This document shows positions 1-11,899 of a DNA stretch of 64,000 bases, in pieces. Made by a program: the position numbers and the translations under genes. The stretch covers positions 98,706,001 to 98,770,000 of the forward strand of contig NC_058368.1 of NCBI RefSeq assembly GCF_018350175.1, in the 5' to 3' direction. This stretch comes from Felis catus. Lineage: Eukaryota. Positions within the stretch are counted from its first letter, which is position 1. Every line of letters starts with the position of its first letter. The notes below the pieces were generated by a model. That model saw only the letters and a list, made by a program, of their open reading frames with translations, was not told the DNA's origin and made no database searches.

Positions 1-2227
1 CTGTATTGGCCACTGATTAAATAAGTCATAATGTTCGGACTAGCTGTTGTCTGCCTCAACCAAATATCAGCCAACATACTTCCCTTATCTCTTAAGATTT
101 ATTTAGACTATTGGTTTTTTGACTATGTTCCTAGAACCATAGTATTCTTTAAGAAGAAATAATTACTTGATTCAAATTTAATTTTATGAAATTAATCATT
201 TAAAAGCTCTAGGATAACACGCATTGATTCATTAGCATACTTAAATGTGCTGAAGTTCACCAAGATAGTTAATTTGTTTTACCAAATTGACTCTCGAAAT
301 AAAGATTTCCCCACCATCTCTGGACATCTCTGGCGTTTTTGGAAAATGTACTAGTGCCTAGAAGGATATAGTGCTATATGTGGTTCACTTGCAGTCCTAT
401 CAGATTTCTCAATTCCTGCAGCATATGCGTCGCATATCAGGTGAAACTCGCGGCTGCTCTGGCAACTATTACACAAACATCACCCATCCCATCATAAATG
501 CAATTTTATCCACAATACTAGTGGATATTGTTAAACTGGAAGGTCCCCTTGCCTCACCCCTACCGTTATAAACAACATGAGCTGAATTTGGCCAAGCAAG
601 ATCATATTTTAGTTTCTTTACTGACTCTTTAACTGTAGTTACATGCAAGTGACTGCGCTTAAAAAAAAAAATCAGTAATGGAACTGAAATAAAATGTGGA
701 GTCAGCCTGAAATGAATTGGTTTTGAAATTTTGTATGATTTTTTAACCATAAACAGTTGCCTCTAGATCTTGGATTTTTTTAAATGATATTTTTAACATC
801 ATAATTTTAAAATATACTTTAAAGCATACTTTTTGCTAAACAAAGGACATTAAGATGGATTGGGTTGTCTGTTGGCACCATCCATGTTGAATATTTACTG
901 TTTAGGAAATGCAAGAAAGCTATTAGTAATGTTCCATTTCTAATCTGAACGAAGAAATTTCTACTACCCCTCTTTCAAGCTACCGAATTGGTTTAATTGA
1001 TAAATAGTCTGAGATTTTAAGAGGCGCTCTTGAGAAAACATGGCAATTTCAGCTCTATTTCTACACGAATTAGGGTTTTTTCATTGCTTTGCAACTGAAA
1101 TGAAATCCCCAAGTAATGTGTTTACAAAAGCAGCAGTTGTATATCAACCTCACCTGCAAGATTTTGTGTTGTTAAATATACATCAGTTCGGTTTATGGGG
1201 TATACATATGACAATTTTGAACTCGTAAACATTAATATATACTATTAAAATGCCACTTTTAGTGGAGATTTAATGGATTGAATAAAGTCTTCCACTACTA
1301 AAAGTTTGATAACCCCATGGTGGTTTGAATTCTGTAGGAAAAAAAAAAAGAAAGAAAGTACAGATCCACAGGACGCTTTTGAAAGCAGAAAGGATCTTCA
1401 GCCTTGGCATTAATACAAAAGAACATTGTCCTTGCTTCTCAGACTTTACTCAAAGCTCCCAAATAAGCTGGTTCCTCTGAAACCTCCATCCTCTGAGTGA
1501 GCTCACCATTCTTTTCCAAGAGATTTTAGCCTTGCTTGGAGCCTGGTGAATTTGTACCACCTGCTTAGGACCACTGCTGGGAGAAAGCGTTGGCTGCTGA
1601 CTTAGCAATTGTAATGTGAGTTTGTTCCCTGGAGGAAGATTGAGAAAAAGTGAGGGAAGTGGAATAAAGAGAAGGAAAATTGGTATGCAGGAAAATGACT
1701 AAATCAGGAGCAGTTGACCCCAAAGGCAGGAAAGGCTCCCCCCCCCCCCCCACAATACCTGCGCTCCTGAGAAAACAGGAAAGAACAGCTCAATATGCCT
1801 TTTAGAATCTTGTGCAATTTCTGGCAGGCAGCTCCGAGGCCATTTCTACAACACGAAGAGAAGAATGGATGCAGGTTCTCATGAATATTTCCTAATGACA
1901 GAAAAAAGGATTTAAAAAATCATGATTTTGGTAAAACAAAGCAACTATATGTGTTTTTACACAGTATTTTTTTTCCTGGTAGTTTCAAAATTTCTAAGTC
2001 AGGACCAGATATTTCAGATTACAATAATAACAGAAGAACTAAGAAATAAGAAACAATGACCATATGTTACTTGAAATGATTTTAATTTAGGTTTTATTCT
2101 GAAATTTATAAGATTAATACTAAATAATATTGTGAATAACTGTCTAAGAATCTTACAGCTTTAAATGTTTTTCTGTCACAAAACTTAAATATTTGTTGGC
2201 AAAAAGTGTATAGAATAGCATTATGAA

Positions 2228-2469
2228 GGGGCACCTGGGTGGCTCAGTCAGTTGAACATCTGACTTCAGCTCAGGTCATGATCTCACTGTTCCTGAGTTC
2301 CAGCCCTGCATGGGGCTCTGTGCTGACAGCTCAGAGCCTGGAGCCTGTTTCAGATTCAGATTCTGTTTCAGATTCTCTCCCTCTCTCTGCCCCTGTCCTA
2401 TTCATACTCTGTCTCTCTCCCTCTCTCGAAAATAAACGTTAAAAATTTTTTCCAAAAAAAATATAAAAA
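2228..2469 (+). mobile_element. CanSINE
   Basis: Head, (CT)n and A-tail. TSD AGAATAGCATTATGA at 2212-2226 and 2470-2484. Confidence 0.96.
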
Positions 2470-3180
2470 AGAATAGCATTATGAGGCATAAGATTCTTGT
2501 ATCATTCATTGATTGAGTGTTTAAGTGATCAGTTCAATATAATGTAATTAGATGCTTAATTTTTTTAAGAACAATTAATATATCAGCTTCAAGCAGATAA
2601 AGTATCTAGATTATTTTGTTTTTGCTGTTGCTTGCAAAGATTGTTATGAAAAGTTTTTACATGTATTAAGCTTTATTTTTATTTTTATGTTTTTTTGATG
2701 AGTGGTTAGCATATATAGTGGTAGGAGAGATGACTGGATCATTTGTAGAGTTCATTGTCTTTATATTTTAGGTTCTTTGTTGTTTCAAAATGTCTCTGGT
2801 CGATATTTGTGCCTGTCACTCGTAAAGCCTGGGAACGTAGCTATTTCTACAGAAACTCATACTTGTGTATACCTGGCCATGGTTTTTGTTTTTTGTTTGT
2901 TTTCTGTTTTGTTTTTGGTTTTGTTTTTGTTTTCCATTTTGGTGAACCTTAACAGGGTTGCATATTGTGATGGTTCATTAGGCAAAGAAGACATTAATTA
3001 AAAGTGTTGCCTTCTTGAATGAGCCAAGCGTATTCACCCACTATTTCTCCTTTGAGAACTTTTCTTTAGGTCAGGACAGGAAGTCTTAGTAGGGCCACAA
3101 CAGAGCCCTCTAAGGAGCCACTCTTATCTGCTTGTACACACCAGCCAGTTTGATCTTTTTTGAACACAAATATGAAACTG

Positions 3181-3183
3181 GAA

Positions 3184-3228
<45 letters not shown>

Positions 3229-3342
3229 CCTAAGTAGTTTCCATGCTCAGCTGGACAAGAGGCTAAATCCCCCAACCCTAGGATCATGACCTGAGCCAAA
3301 ATTGAGTCAGATGCTCAACTGACTGAGCCACCCAGGTGCCCC
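3181..3342 (-). mobile_element. CanSINE (older)
   Basis: (GA)n followed by antisense head ending CCCAGGTGCCCC. Confidence 0.9.
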
Positions 3343-3429
3343 TGTTGCTTTCCTTGTTAACATACTTTTATAGGCATGGACTTGCCTTTACCGGAAAATT
3401 CAGGGCTCTTAGGATCACAGCCAGATTTC

Positions 3430-3880
3430 TGTCTCAGTCCTGTGAGACCCTGTGTGACCTGGCCCACCTCTTTCTCTGGGTTCACTGCACACCTTGTGCC
3501 CCTGAACAGCCAGTGTTCAGGTCACATAGGCCTCTTTTCTGCCACTTGAAAATGTCATGCCCCTTCTTGGACCTTGGACATACTGCAACCCCCACTCCCT
3601 TCCGCTGTCCTTTGGTGTTCCCTAACCAATCCTTTTCTGTCCTTCAGAACTCTGCTTATAGGCTTTATTCATTTGCTGACCCCAGGATAGATTAACACCC
3701 TTTGTTTGCTATTTTTCAACACCGTGTACTATTCTTTTGTAGCATTTATCAACTCTAAATTATTAATTTTGTTATTGGTGCTAAGTTGTCTCCAAGCCCA
3801 GATAGAATGTACCTTCCATGTAGGCATGTGGTACAGAGCCATGAACACAGGGTGTGTGTCATAAATATTATTCAGACAAA
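3430..3880 (+). mobile_element. L2 3' relic
   Basis: Pyrimidine-rich body ending TAGAATGTACCTTCCATGTAGGCA...ATAAATATT. Confidence 0.6.
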
Positions 3881-4589
3881 TATAAATGTAATATATAGTT
3901 TTTGTGAATTTATAAAGGGAATCATTTGACGTCTTCTAAGTTGCTTTAGTATTTGAGGTAGAGCAGAAGTAGCACAATTTAGACACAAAGACACAGCAAT
4001 AGGTAACTATTTTTTGAAAGCCTGAATGTTTTCATCTACTTCCCAGCTCGCCATTATTTCTCCTCACAAGCACAGGGTTTTGCTGAGCAGTGTAGATCAA
4101 AATGCACGTAGGACTGCATTCTTCTCCTAAGAATTGATGGTAAGAAATTAAATAGTGTCTTCCACCAAAGCAGATATGGGACTTTAAAATGACTCCTTGA
4201 GGTCAATTTGAAGAATTGCCTGTTTCCTAGGATTCTAGTGCCAAGATACCCTCATATCCACATCATTTTTTTTTTTATAACCAACATCTGTCTTTGGTAA
4301 TAATTGATCTAGACATAGGAGAGTCCCTCCCAGGATAATTGGGGTCAGGTAACTTTCAGGGCCCAGATGGCCTATTTTGGAAATGAACATTGTCCATCAA
4401 CTGAAAAGACATTTCCCCCAGGATGTATCAGCCTCTTCATATTCTCCTGATTGTTCTCTGAATCAGCTAGCAAATTTTTGTCACCCTTTGTTCTTTTTTT
4501 TTTAATACTCTTAAGTATTCATTGAAGCCATGGATTAAAAATAAGCAAATACATCTTCTCAGGTGTACCCCTTTAAAAGTAAACCTGGT

Positions 4590-4811
4590 GGGGCGCCTGG
4601 GTGGCGCAGTCGGTTAAGCGTCCGACTTCAGCCAGGTCACGATCTCGTGGTCCGTGAGTTCGAGCCCCGCGTCAGGCTCTGGGCTGATGGCTCGGAGCCT
4701 GGAGCCTGTTTCTGATTCTGTGTCTCCCTCTCTCTCTGCCCCTCCCCCGTTCATGCTCTGTCTCTCTCTGTCCCAAAAATAAATAAACATTGAAAAACAA
4801 AAAAAAATTTT
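4590..4811 (+). mobile_element. Young felid CanSINE (SINEC_Fc-like)
   Basis: CpG-rich, with diagnostic TTCAGCCAGGTCACGATCTCG. Perfect TSD AAAGTAAACCTGGT at 4576-4589 and 4812-4825. Confidence 0.97.
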
Positions 4812-4883
4812 AAAGTAAACCTGGTATTTCTTCTCTCTGGGGTGTTACAAAGAATGTCTGGAAAGGACATGTCTTTATTAGTT

Positions 4884-4888
<5 letters not shown>

Positions 4889-4928
<40 letters not shown>
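4889..4928. repeat. (TG)20 microsatellite
   Basis: Directly visible. Confidence 0.98.
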
Positions 4929-4930
<2 letters not shown>

Positions 4931-5194
4931 GTATGTCTTAGGGGAACACCGTAGTTCAGCATTGGGGCAACTTCTGGGCCTCGTTGGAGACATGACCTTG
5001 TTATAAGCCTTGAGTCAGTCTGTTGCAAGGTTTTGAGTGGTGACAGTTACGCTGATGTAGTTTTTGTTTTGTTTTGTTTTGTTTTTGATAAAGGAATGTT
5101 TTCTTCAAGAAAAATGTATCCTTTTCTGATTTTACCACTAAGGAATATGGAAGCCCCATCACATCTTTATTCATGGTTTCTCAATATTTTTAAA

Positions 5195-5345
5195 CAAAGC
5201 CTTTATTTTGGAAATGATTTTTGATGTACAGAAAAGTTGCAAGAGATTGTGTGAAGAGTTCCACATACCTTTCAACTCATTTCCTCCAATGTTAACATCT
5301 TTGATTATAACCCTGATACATTTGTCCAAATTAAGAAATTAACCT
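5195..5345 (-). mobile_element. Ancient L1M 3' end fragment
   Basis: TTATTTTGGAAATGATTTTTGATGTACAGAAAAGTTGCAAG...CCAATGTTAACATCTT resembles the recalled L1MC-type 3' terminus. Confidence 0.65.
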
Positions 5346-5663
5346 GCCTGGGTTGTTCATATTTTAGAATGTATGTGGTATGCAGTGTTTGACCAACCCC
5401 AGCTGTGTGTCTTCAGGTGATATACACTTGGATGCTATAGGTGAGAAAGGCAATAGATGTGAACAGAACCTGATGCCAGTGTGATTCCAGTATCGATCGC
5501 CAGTACTTTATTTCCACCAGCAATGTCTTTGTTACTGATAGACCATTTCCACATCACATCTGTATGCCTCCGTGGCATCAAAACTGCCTTTCATTCCTGC
5601 AAATTATGCAACTGAAGGCAGCCATGGGTAGTTGAAAGGGCATCAAGATAGAAGTGAGAACTT

Positions 5664-5893
5664 GGGCCACCTGGGTGGCTCAGTTGGTTAATTGTCCACC
5701 TTTGGCTCAAGTCATGATCTCGCGATTCATGAGTTTGAGCCCCATGTCAGGCTCTGTGCTGACAGCTCAGAGCCTGGAGCCTGCTTTGGATTGTGGCTCT
5801 TTCTGTCTCTCTTCCCCTCATAGCTCGTCATGCTCAGTCTCTCTGTCTCTCAAAAATAAATTAAAAAGAGACATTAAAGAATTAAAAAAAAAA
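5664..5893 (+). mobile_element. CanSINE
   Basis: Head, (CT)n and tail. TSD core GAGAACTT. Confidence 0.94.
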
Positions 5894-5919
5894 TAGGAGA
5901 ACTTATTTCTGACCATGGA

Positions 5920-6030
5920 GCTATTAACTCTGTGACGTTTGGCATTTCACTTGCTGTCTTTGGGTCTCAGTCTTCTCATCTGTGAAATGAAAGGGTTAGA
6001 ACTCTGTTGATCGTTACTGTTGGTCTTTTG
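5920..6030 (+). mobile_element. MIR
   Basis: Core GTCTCAGTCTTCTCATCTGTGAAATG. Confidence 0.7.
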
Positions 6031-6189
6031 CCCTAGAGGTAGATAACTTTAGACTTATTTCTTTCATGATCCTGTACGTTCTAGACTCTGTGTCTTTAAC
6101 ATGAGTTTCCTTAACAGTCCCTGGACCTCTGTGATCATTGCCAGAGCACAAGTGTAGACAAGTAGGGACACATTAAAATGCCTGAAGTT

Positions 6190-6790
6190 ACCAGGCAAGT
6201 ATATAACACAGAGTGCAGAAGGAAAATGAGGGTTCCTGATGACCGGAGAGCTCCTGCCCTTTCTAGTGATACAGATACTTCTCAGCTCCTGGGGCCTGTG
6301 TGTCAGATGGATGCTAGATCTTCTGACCTTCCAAAAGAACCCACATAAACAGCTTTTTATGTGAGCTCTTGCAATCTTTATATATTAGCAACTAATTCAG
6401 TGTCAAGGAAGCCACTCTGTGGGCTAAATTAAATATTCAGCTTACTGGAACTTAGCTGTTGCTTGCCAGTTTGTGATTTCTGCTTCATTTTAGTGGCTTT
6501 CAAACACTGCCCATTGAAACAGTAAGAAGTGACTTTTTCATCACAACATAGTATATATACCTATGTGTGTGATGTATGCAGGTGCATGTGTGTGTATATG
6601 AAACTGAAGCAAAATATAATGAAATACAATGTATGATACAATTATGTTTTCCATTTTATTCTATGTAGCATCTTTCCTGTTCTGTAATTTCATATTTCAT
6701 TTCTTGAAAACAGCAGTCCCATGCAAATTAGATCATTTTTGTGACCCATCAGTGGACTGACTTCCTAGTTACTGCTCCTCTGAAAAGTTT
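6190..6790. mobile_element. Degenerate hAT-Charlie-type MER fragments
   Basis: GCCAGTTTGTGATTTCTG and TAGTGGCTTTCAAAC-like termini. Very diverged. Confidence 0.45.
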
Positions 6791-7235
6791 GGAGGGCAGT
6801 ACTCTTGATGCCTACATGTGATTTTTCCACCTACATTTCTGAGATCTGAAATATCTTAGACATGGTTTCCTCAATTTGATATCTTCAGAATCATTCCATA
6901 GCTAATGTGGAAGATGTGTTGCCTGTTGAGAATGTAGACTTCCTATGGCTCAAATTATCAGCCTAATAGGAGATAATAGTGCCTCTAAGAAAAAAAGGAC
7001 AAGTAGAGAGGGTAGAAGAGAAGGGACAGAGGTAGGCTATTCAATTTGAACATCACAACTCTTTTTGGGAAAAGAGATCATTTTCTTCCTTTCAGTTGCC
7101 TACAGAGGGCATGTCTTCATGCTTATCCACATGCACATAGCTGTGTCCATAAGCATCCTTGCCTCTTTTAAATGTTTTAGTTGTTTCCTGGCAAATAAAA
7201 ATCTATTCCTAATGAAAAGTAAAATGTTCTAATGA

Positions 7236-7424
7236 GGGGGCACTTGGGTGGCTCAGTTGGTTAAGTGTCTGACTCTTGATTTTAGCTCAAGTCATGATCT
7301 CATGGTTTGTAAGTTAGATCTCTGTCAGCACAGCCTACTTGTGATTTTCTCTCCCTCTCTCTGATCCTCCCCTACTCATGCTCTCTTTCTCTCAAAATAA
7401 ATGAATACACATTTAAGAAATATG
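7236..7424 (+). mobile_element. CanSINE
   Basis: TSD AAATGTTCT(A/G)ATGA. Confidence 0.93.
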
Positions 7425-8179
7425 AAATGTTCTGATGATAATTAGAAATTATTGATGATTATTACAGGTAGTTTTATATATTGGATTCTCTCTATGAGGT
7501 TGGTATTTTTATTAGACATTATATTTGAAATTAATCAGTGCTCTCCACTTAATGTCAAGCTCATTGACAAGGTTTCTTTCAAATCTAATAACTTATAGTT
7601 TTATAATAGGCAAGTCGTATATGGCAACGACTTTCATGATGTCATAAAGAAGGCTGAGAAGTATTACCATATGCTTTTTTATCCTTTAAGTCATTGGGGC
7701 TTATTTTTAGTTATTGGCAAAGAAATTATTAAAACTTCCTTATAAAAATAAGATGTCATATAGTGCTTCCCAAATGAAATTCTTTTAAAAAGTGCCACAT
7801 GACGTATAAAAAGTTTTTATTCATATCTGTGGAGAAATATCCTAAAACCATATATTTTGTCAATGAATCATGGAATATCACATCCGTATCGCACCACTCA
7901 TAATAAATAATTTCCCTCATTAAAAATAAAATGAAAAGACGTTGGGTAACACTTTTTTGAACTCTTTAAAGTTTAGACCTCACAAAAATACATTTGTCCC
8001 TCAATTCCCAAACTTAATCTGAAGGAATACATCATACCCCAACAGCTTGAAAAGGAAGATATATTCATGCCAATTTCTTTTTAAGTAACCTAAAATAGCC
8101 TGGAGTCTCTATTTTCTACTGATCGTGACAGTGTAGTTAGATGAAGATACGTTCCGCTATTGAGGTAGACATATACCAG

Positions 8180-8350
8180 CATTTATTGAGCACCTGCCAT
8201 GCAAAGTCCTTTTTATACATCACTCCATTAATTCTCAAAGCACTACAAGGAATATTTTTATCATTTCCATTTTATGAATGAGGAAGCTGGAGTTAGTAAC
8301 AGTGTTGTACAGTTAGTGGCACAGCCCTGCTCTTCACCCGCTGTGTTACA
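8180..8350 (-). mobile_element. MIR
   Basis: CATTTATTGAGCACCT and CCATTTTATGAATGAGGAAGCTG. Confidence 0.7.
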
Positions 8351-9950
8351 TTGTCTCCATATTTAACTAAAAAAGATTTACTTGCAAGCCTGCCAACAAT
8401 TAATTTTCCACACTCCCTAGAATATAGAGGAGATGCTTATGCATGTAATTATGGCTAATTTCAGTACACAGTGGTAAAGATGGATCAGTAGGACTGAAAA
8501 TACTGAAATATTTTTGTGTTGTTTGAAAGATAGTTACTGACCCGACCTGGCCTCTCTTGCCTCTCCTCACGTAGCACCCAGGTTTTCTCCCAGAGCATCA
8601 ATAGATCTTCCATAATTTAGAAATGACCAGACTAGTGCTTGGCACAGCAGAAACCTGTTGAGGGCTGCCTCAGTGCTCAGGCCCCTGCTCTTTCTGCTTG
8701 GTTGGTATGACTACTGATTGTGTAATACTTTAGAATCATCCCTACATATCAATACTTAACCTGAGGAAACTGGTGAGGTGCTGTGACTAGTCAATGACCA
8801 CAGCCTGATCTGTTGAACTGAAAGTCCTCAGTGGGGACGTGACTAAGGGTTTGGCTACAGATTTCTTCTCTCCTCTCAGATGTCTTGAAGGTGAACATAT
8901 AATCCAGTCATCCCAGTGAAGGGGTCTGGTGGTGTCTAAGGAGCTCACACTATAGTCATTTTTCAAGACTGGCAAAAAATTTCCAGATCCTTGGATATTT
9001 CTTTATTCCTGGGAAAATAGGCAAGACAAAGAAAGGTAGGGGCAATATGGAAGTTCTTGGGAAGTAATAGTTACTAACTGAGGCAGTAAATGGGATAGCC
9101 CATCAAATCCCATCTCCTGTAGCCTACCTAGGCAGGTGGCTGCGTCTGTCTGAGCTCAGAGGCTCCGTTGGCCTGTCCTGAGAGGAAGAATAAAATATCT
9201 GGTGACTCTTCTTTCTATGGCTTTCCTCTGCAAACCTATGATATTCTTAGATGTATTTCGGAGGAAGGCAAATCATCCTCATTATGATGCAATTTTCATT
9301 TTTTGTAATATTAATTATCTCTTGGCGTTATCTACAAGAACATAATGGATAAAAACAAAATTTAATCTTTGTTATCTGGCACAGTATTTTAAAGAGGAGA
9401 ATGTAAGTCACAAGCAAAGCGCTCATCTATTTGAAGCTATTTAAAAATTTCTGCAACAAGTGTTTATTCCCTTCATGCTGTGAGACTTGCAAACATTCAC
9501 AAAAGGGTAAAACGGGTCTCAGTGTCTATATGGATATAATAATGTATTCTCTTTCTTTAAAAATCAATTAAAATTCACAGTGAGTGAATCTACCAATTTT
9601 TACAAAAGCATGCGTGCATTACAGACAATAGATGAGAAATTTTATTTCGTTTAATTTTCATAGGACCTTATTTCAGTGATATGGGAAAAAAATACCAGCT
9701 AATGAGGATAAAAACACCAGAGCTTTGGATGAGTGAATATGATAAGTCACTGATTTGTCCTGGGTCTCCTTCACTTCTGTGTGCTGATTATGATGGCAAT
9801 AAGTGTAAAGAGATACTGAGGAAGGTAGAGTGTTTGTCAAGTTGCGAATCTTGATTTCAGAAAAGGAAGCTAGGATTGTGTTTCCACATTTTGCAGATAC
9901 ACACGCATGATTGATGTTCCTATTCACTTTCTTTCCTAAATTGCACCTGT

Positions 9951-10171
9951 TTCTTTTTCTTTTCTCTTTGAATGTTTATTTTTGAAGGAGAGAGAGACAG
10001 AGCATGATCCCATAAGGGGGAGAGAGAGAGAGGGAGACACAGAATCTGAAACAGGCTCCAGGATCCAAGCTGTCAGCACAGAGCCTGATGTGGGGCTTGA
10101 GCTCATGAACCTTAAGATCATGACCTGAGCCAAAGTCAGAAGCTTAACTGACTGAGCCACCCAGGTGCCCC
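9951..10171 (-). mobile_element. CanSINE
   Basis: TSD TAAA(T/C)TGCACCTGT. Confidence 0.95.
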
Positions 10172-10262
10172 TAAACTGCACCTGTAAACACATGAGCTTT
10201 CTTTGTATTCAGCAATGCTTACCTGAGCCAGATGTAGCCACTATTTCACAGATATAGATACA

Positions 10263-10415
10263 AGGAGAGAGAGAGGGAGACCGAGAATCCCAAGGGGGCT
10301 CCAGGCTGCCAGCACAGAGCCTCAGAAGGGGCTTGATCTCTCACAAACTGCAAGATCATGACTTGAGCCCAAACCAAGAGTTGCACACTTCACCGACTGA
10401 GCCACCCAGGTGCCC
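10263..10415 (-). mobile_element. CanSINE (tail missing)
   Basis: Antisense head and (GA)n with no clear T-tail. Confidence 0.88.
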
Positions 10416-10671
10416 TGACAAATGATTGTTTTCCATTCACTTTTTTTATATTAAGTTACTAGTCTTTTATATTTTTTCCCTAAAGATTAGCTAGCCCTCA
10501 GTTATAGCTTTTTATGCAAATTCAATGAAGAAGGCTTGGAAATTCAGACAGTTAATAAATAGGAAAAAGTCTTTAAACTAGTCAATAATAAAGAGAAAAT
10601 ATTTAAAGTATTGTACACTTTTCATTGCTGGTCAAAGGAGAATGTGTCATTTGAATCAGAGTTGCTTTAAA

Positions 10672-10884
10672 TTCTTTTTAACATTTCATTATTTTTGAGA
10701 GGCAGACACAGAGTGCAGGTGGGGGGGGGGGCGGTCAGAGATAGAGGGAGACACAGAATCTGAAGCAGGCTTCAGGCTCTGAGCTGTCAGCACAGAGCCC
10801 AATGCGGGGTTCAAACCCATGAACTGTGAGGTCATGACCTGAGCTGAAGTCAGACATCCAAACAGCTGAGCCCTCGGGTGCCCC
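10672..10884 (-). mobile_element. CanSINE
   Basis: TSD GAATCAGAGTTG. Confidence 0.95.
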
Positions 10885-11608
10885 GAATCAGAGTTGTTTT
10901 AAAGAAAAATTGTGAAGTTTATAGAAAAATAATGGGTCATTCATTTCAGGCTGTCTGTGCTGGTTGACAGAGTAACTTCAATTTAAAGGGTCAAATGTTA
11001 TAATTGACCTTCGGGCCTTATGCTTTTTCTTTTCCTGTTGTTCTGGAATTATCTTTTATTGATAGAGCTGGAAATAAGCAAGGACTTGACACATGTTATC
11101 TTTTCGTGGACTGACTGCAATGTCACACTGTGTGACATCTGACTTGCCATTGGCCAAGAGGTGACTAAAGAATTAGGAAACAGACAGTGATATGAACTGT
11201 TGCCCGACTGCCATGCTTTCTGCTTTTGGTTAGATTCCACAAATTAGATTTCAATGCACTCAACTGAGTTTAAATGTGTTGATATCTGACTGCTGAAAAC
11301 ATTGAGATTTGATGTTAAAAAAAAAATAAAACAAAACGAACAAGAAACAAAACAAAACTAGGCCCTTTCTCCATCTGTACACACATACACACATGCACAT
11401 ACCAACCCCCTGTATATGTATCTGCTTCTGCTTCCGTAATAAAGCCAAATTACCATTCTAGAAGAGTGTATTGACTATTTTCCTTATACCTCCAAGTTTC
11501 CTATCCTTGCATGGTTTTCTACTTTTATTCCTTAAAAGATAAACTTGTTAGAATAATTTCCTGAAACATGAATTCCAACATGTCCTTTGTTAAGAATTGG
11601 AAGGGGCT

Positions 11609-11756
11609 GGGGTTCCTGGATGGTTCAGTTGGTTAAGCGTCTGACTCTTGATTTTGGCTCAGGTCATGTCCCAGGGTCGTGGGATCGAGCCCCATGTCAG
11701 GTTCTGTGCTGAGCTTGGAGCCTGCTTAAGATTTTCTGTCTCTGTCTCTATCTCTG

Positions 11757-11800
<44 letters not shown>

Positions 11801-11882
11801 ACTCCTTTGCCCCACTCACACTTGCACTCTCTCTCTCTCTCTCTCTCTCAAATTAAAGAAGAAAAAAAAAGGCAAAACATAA
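11609..11882 (+). mobile_element. CanSINE (older)
   Basis: Head, long (CT)n and A-tail. Confidence 0.92.
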
Positions 11883-11899
11883 AAGGATTCGAAGCGGTA

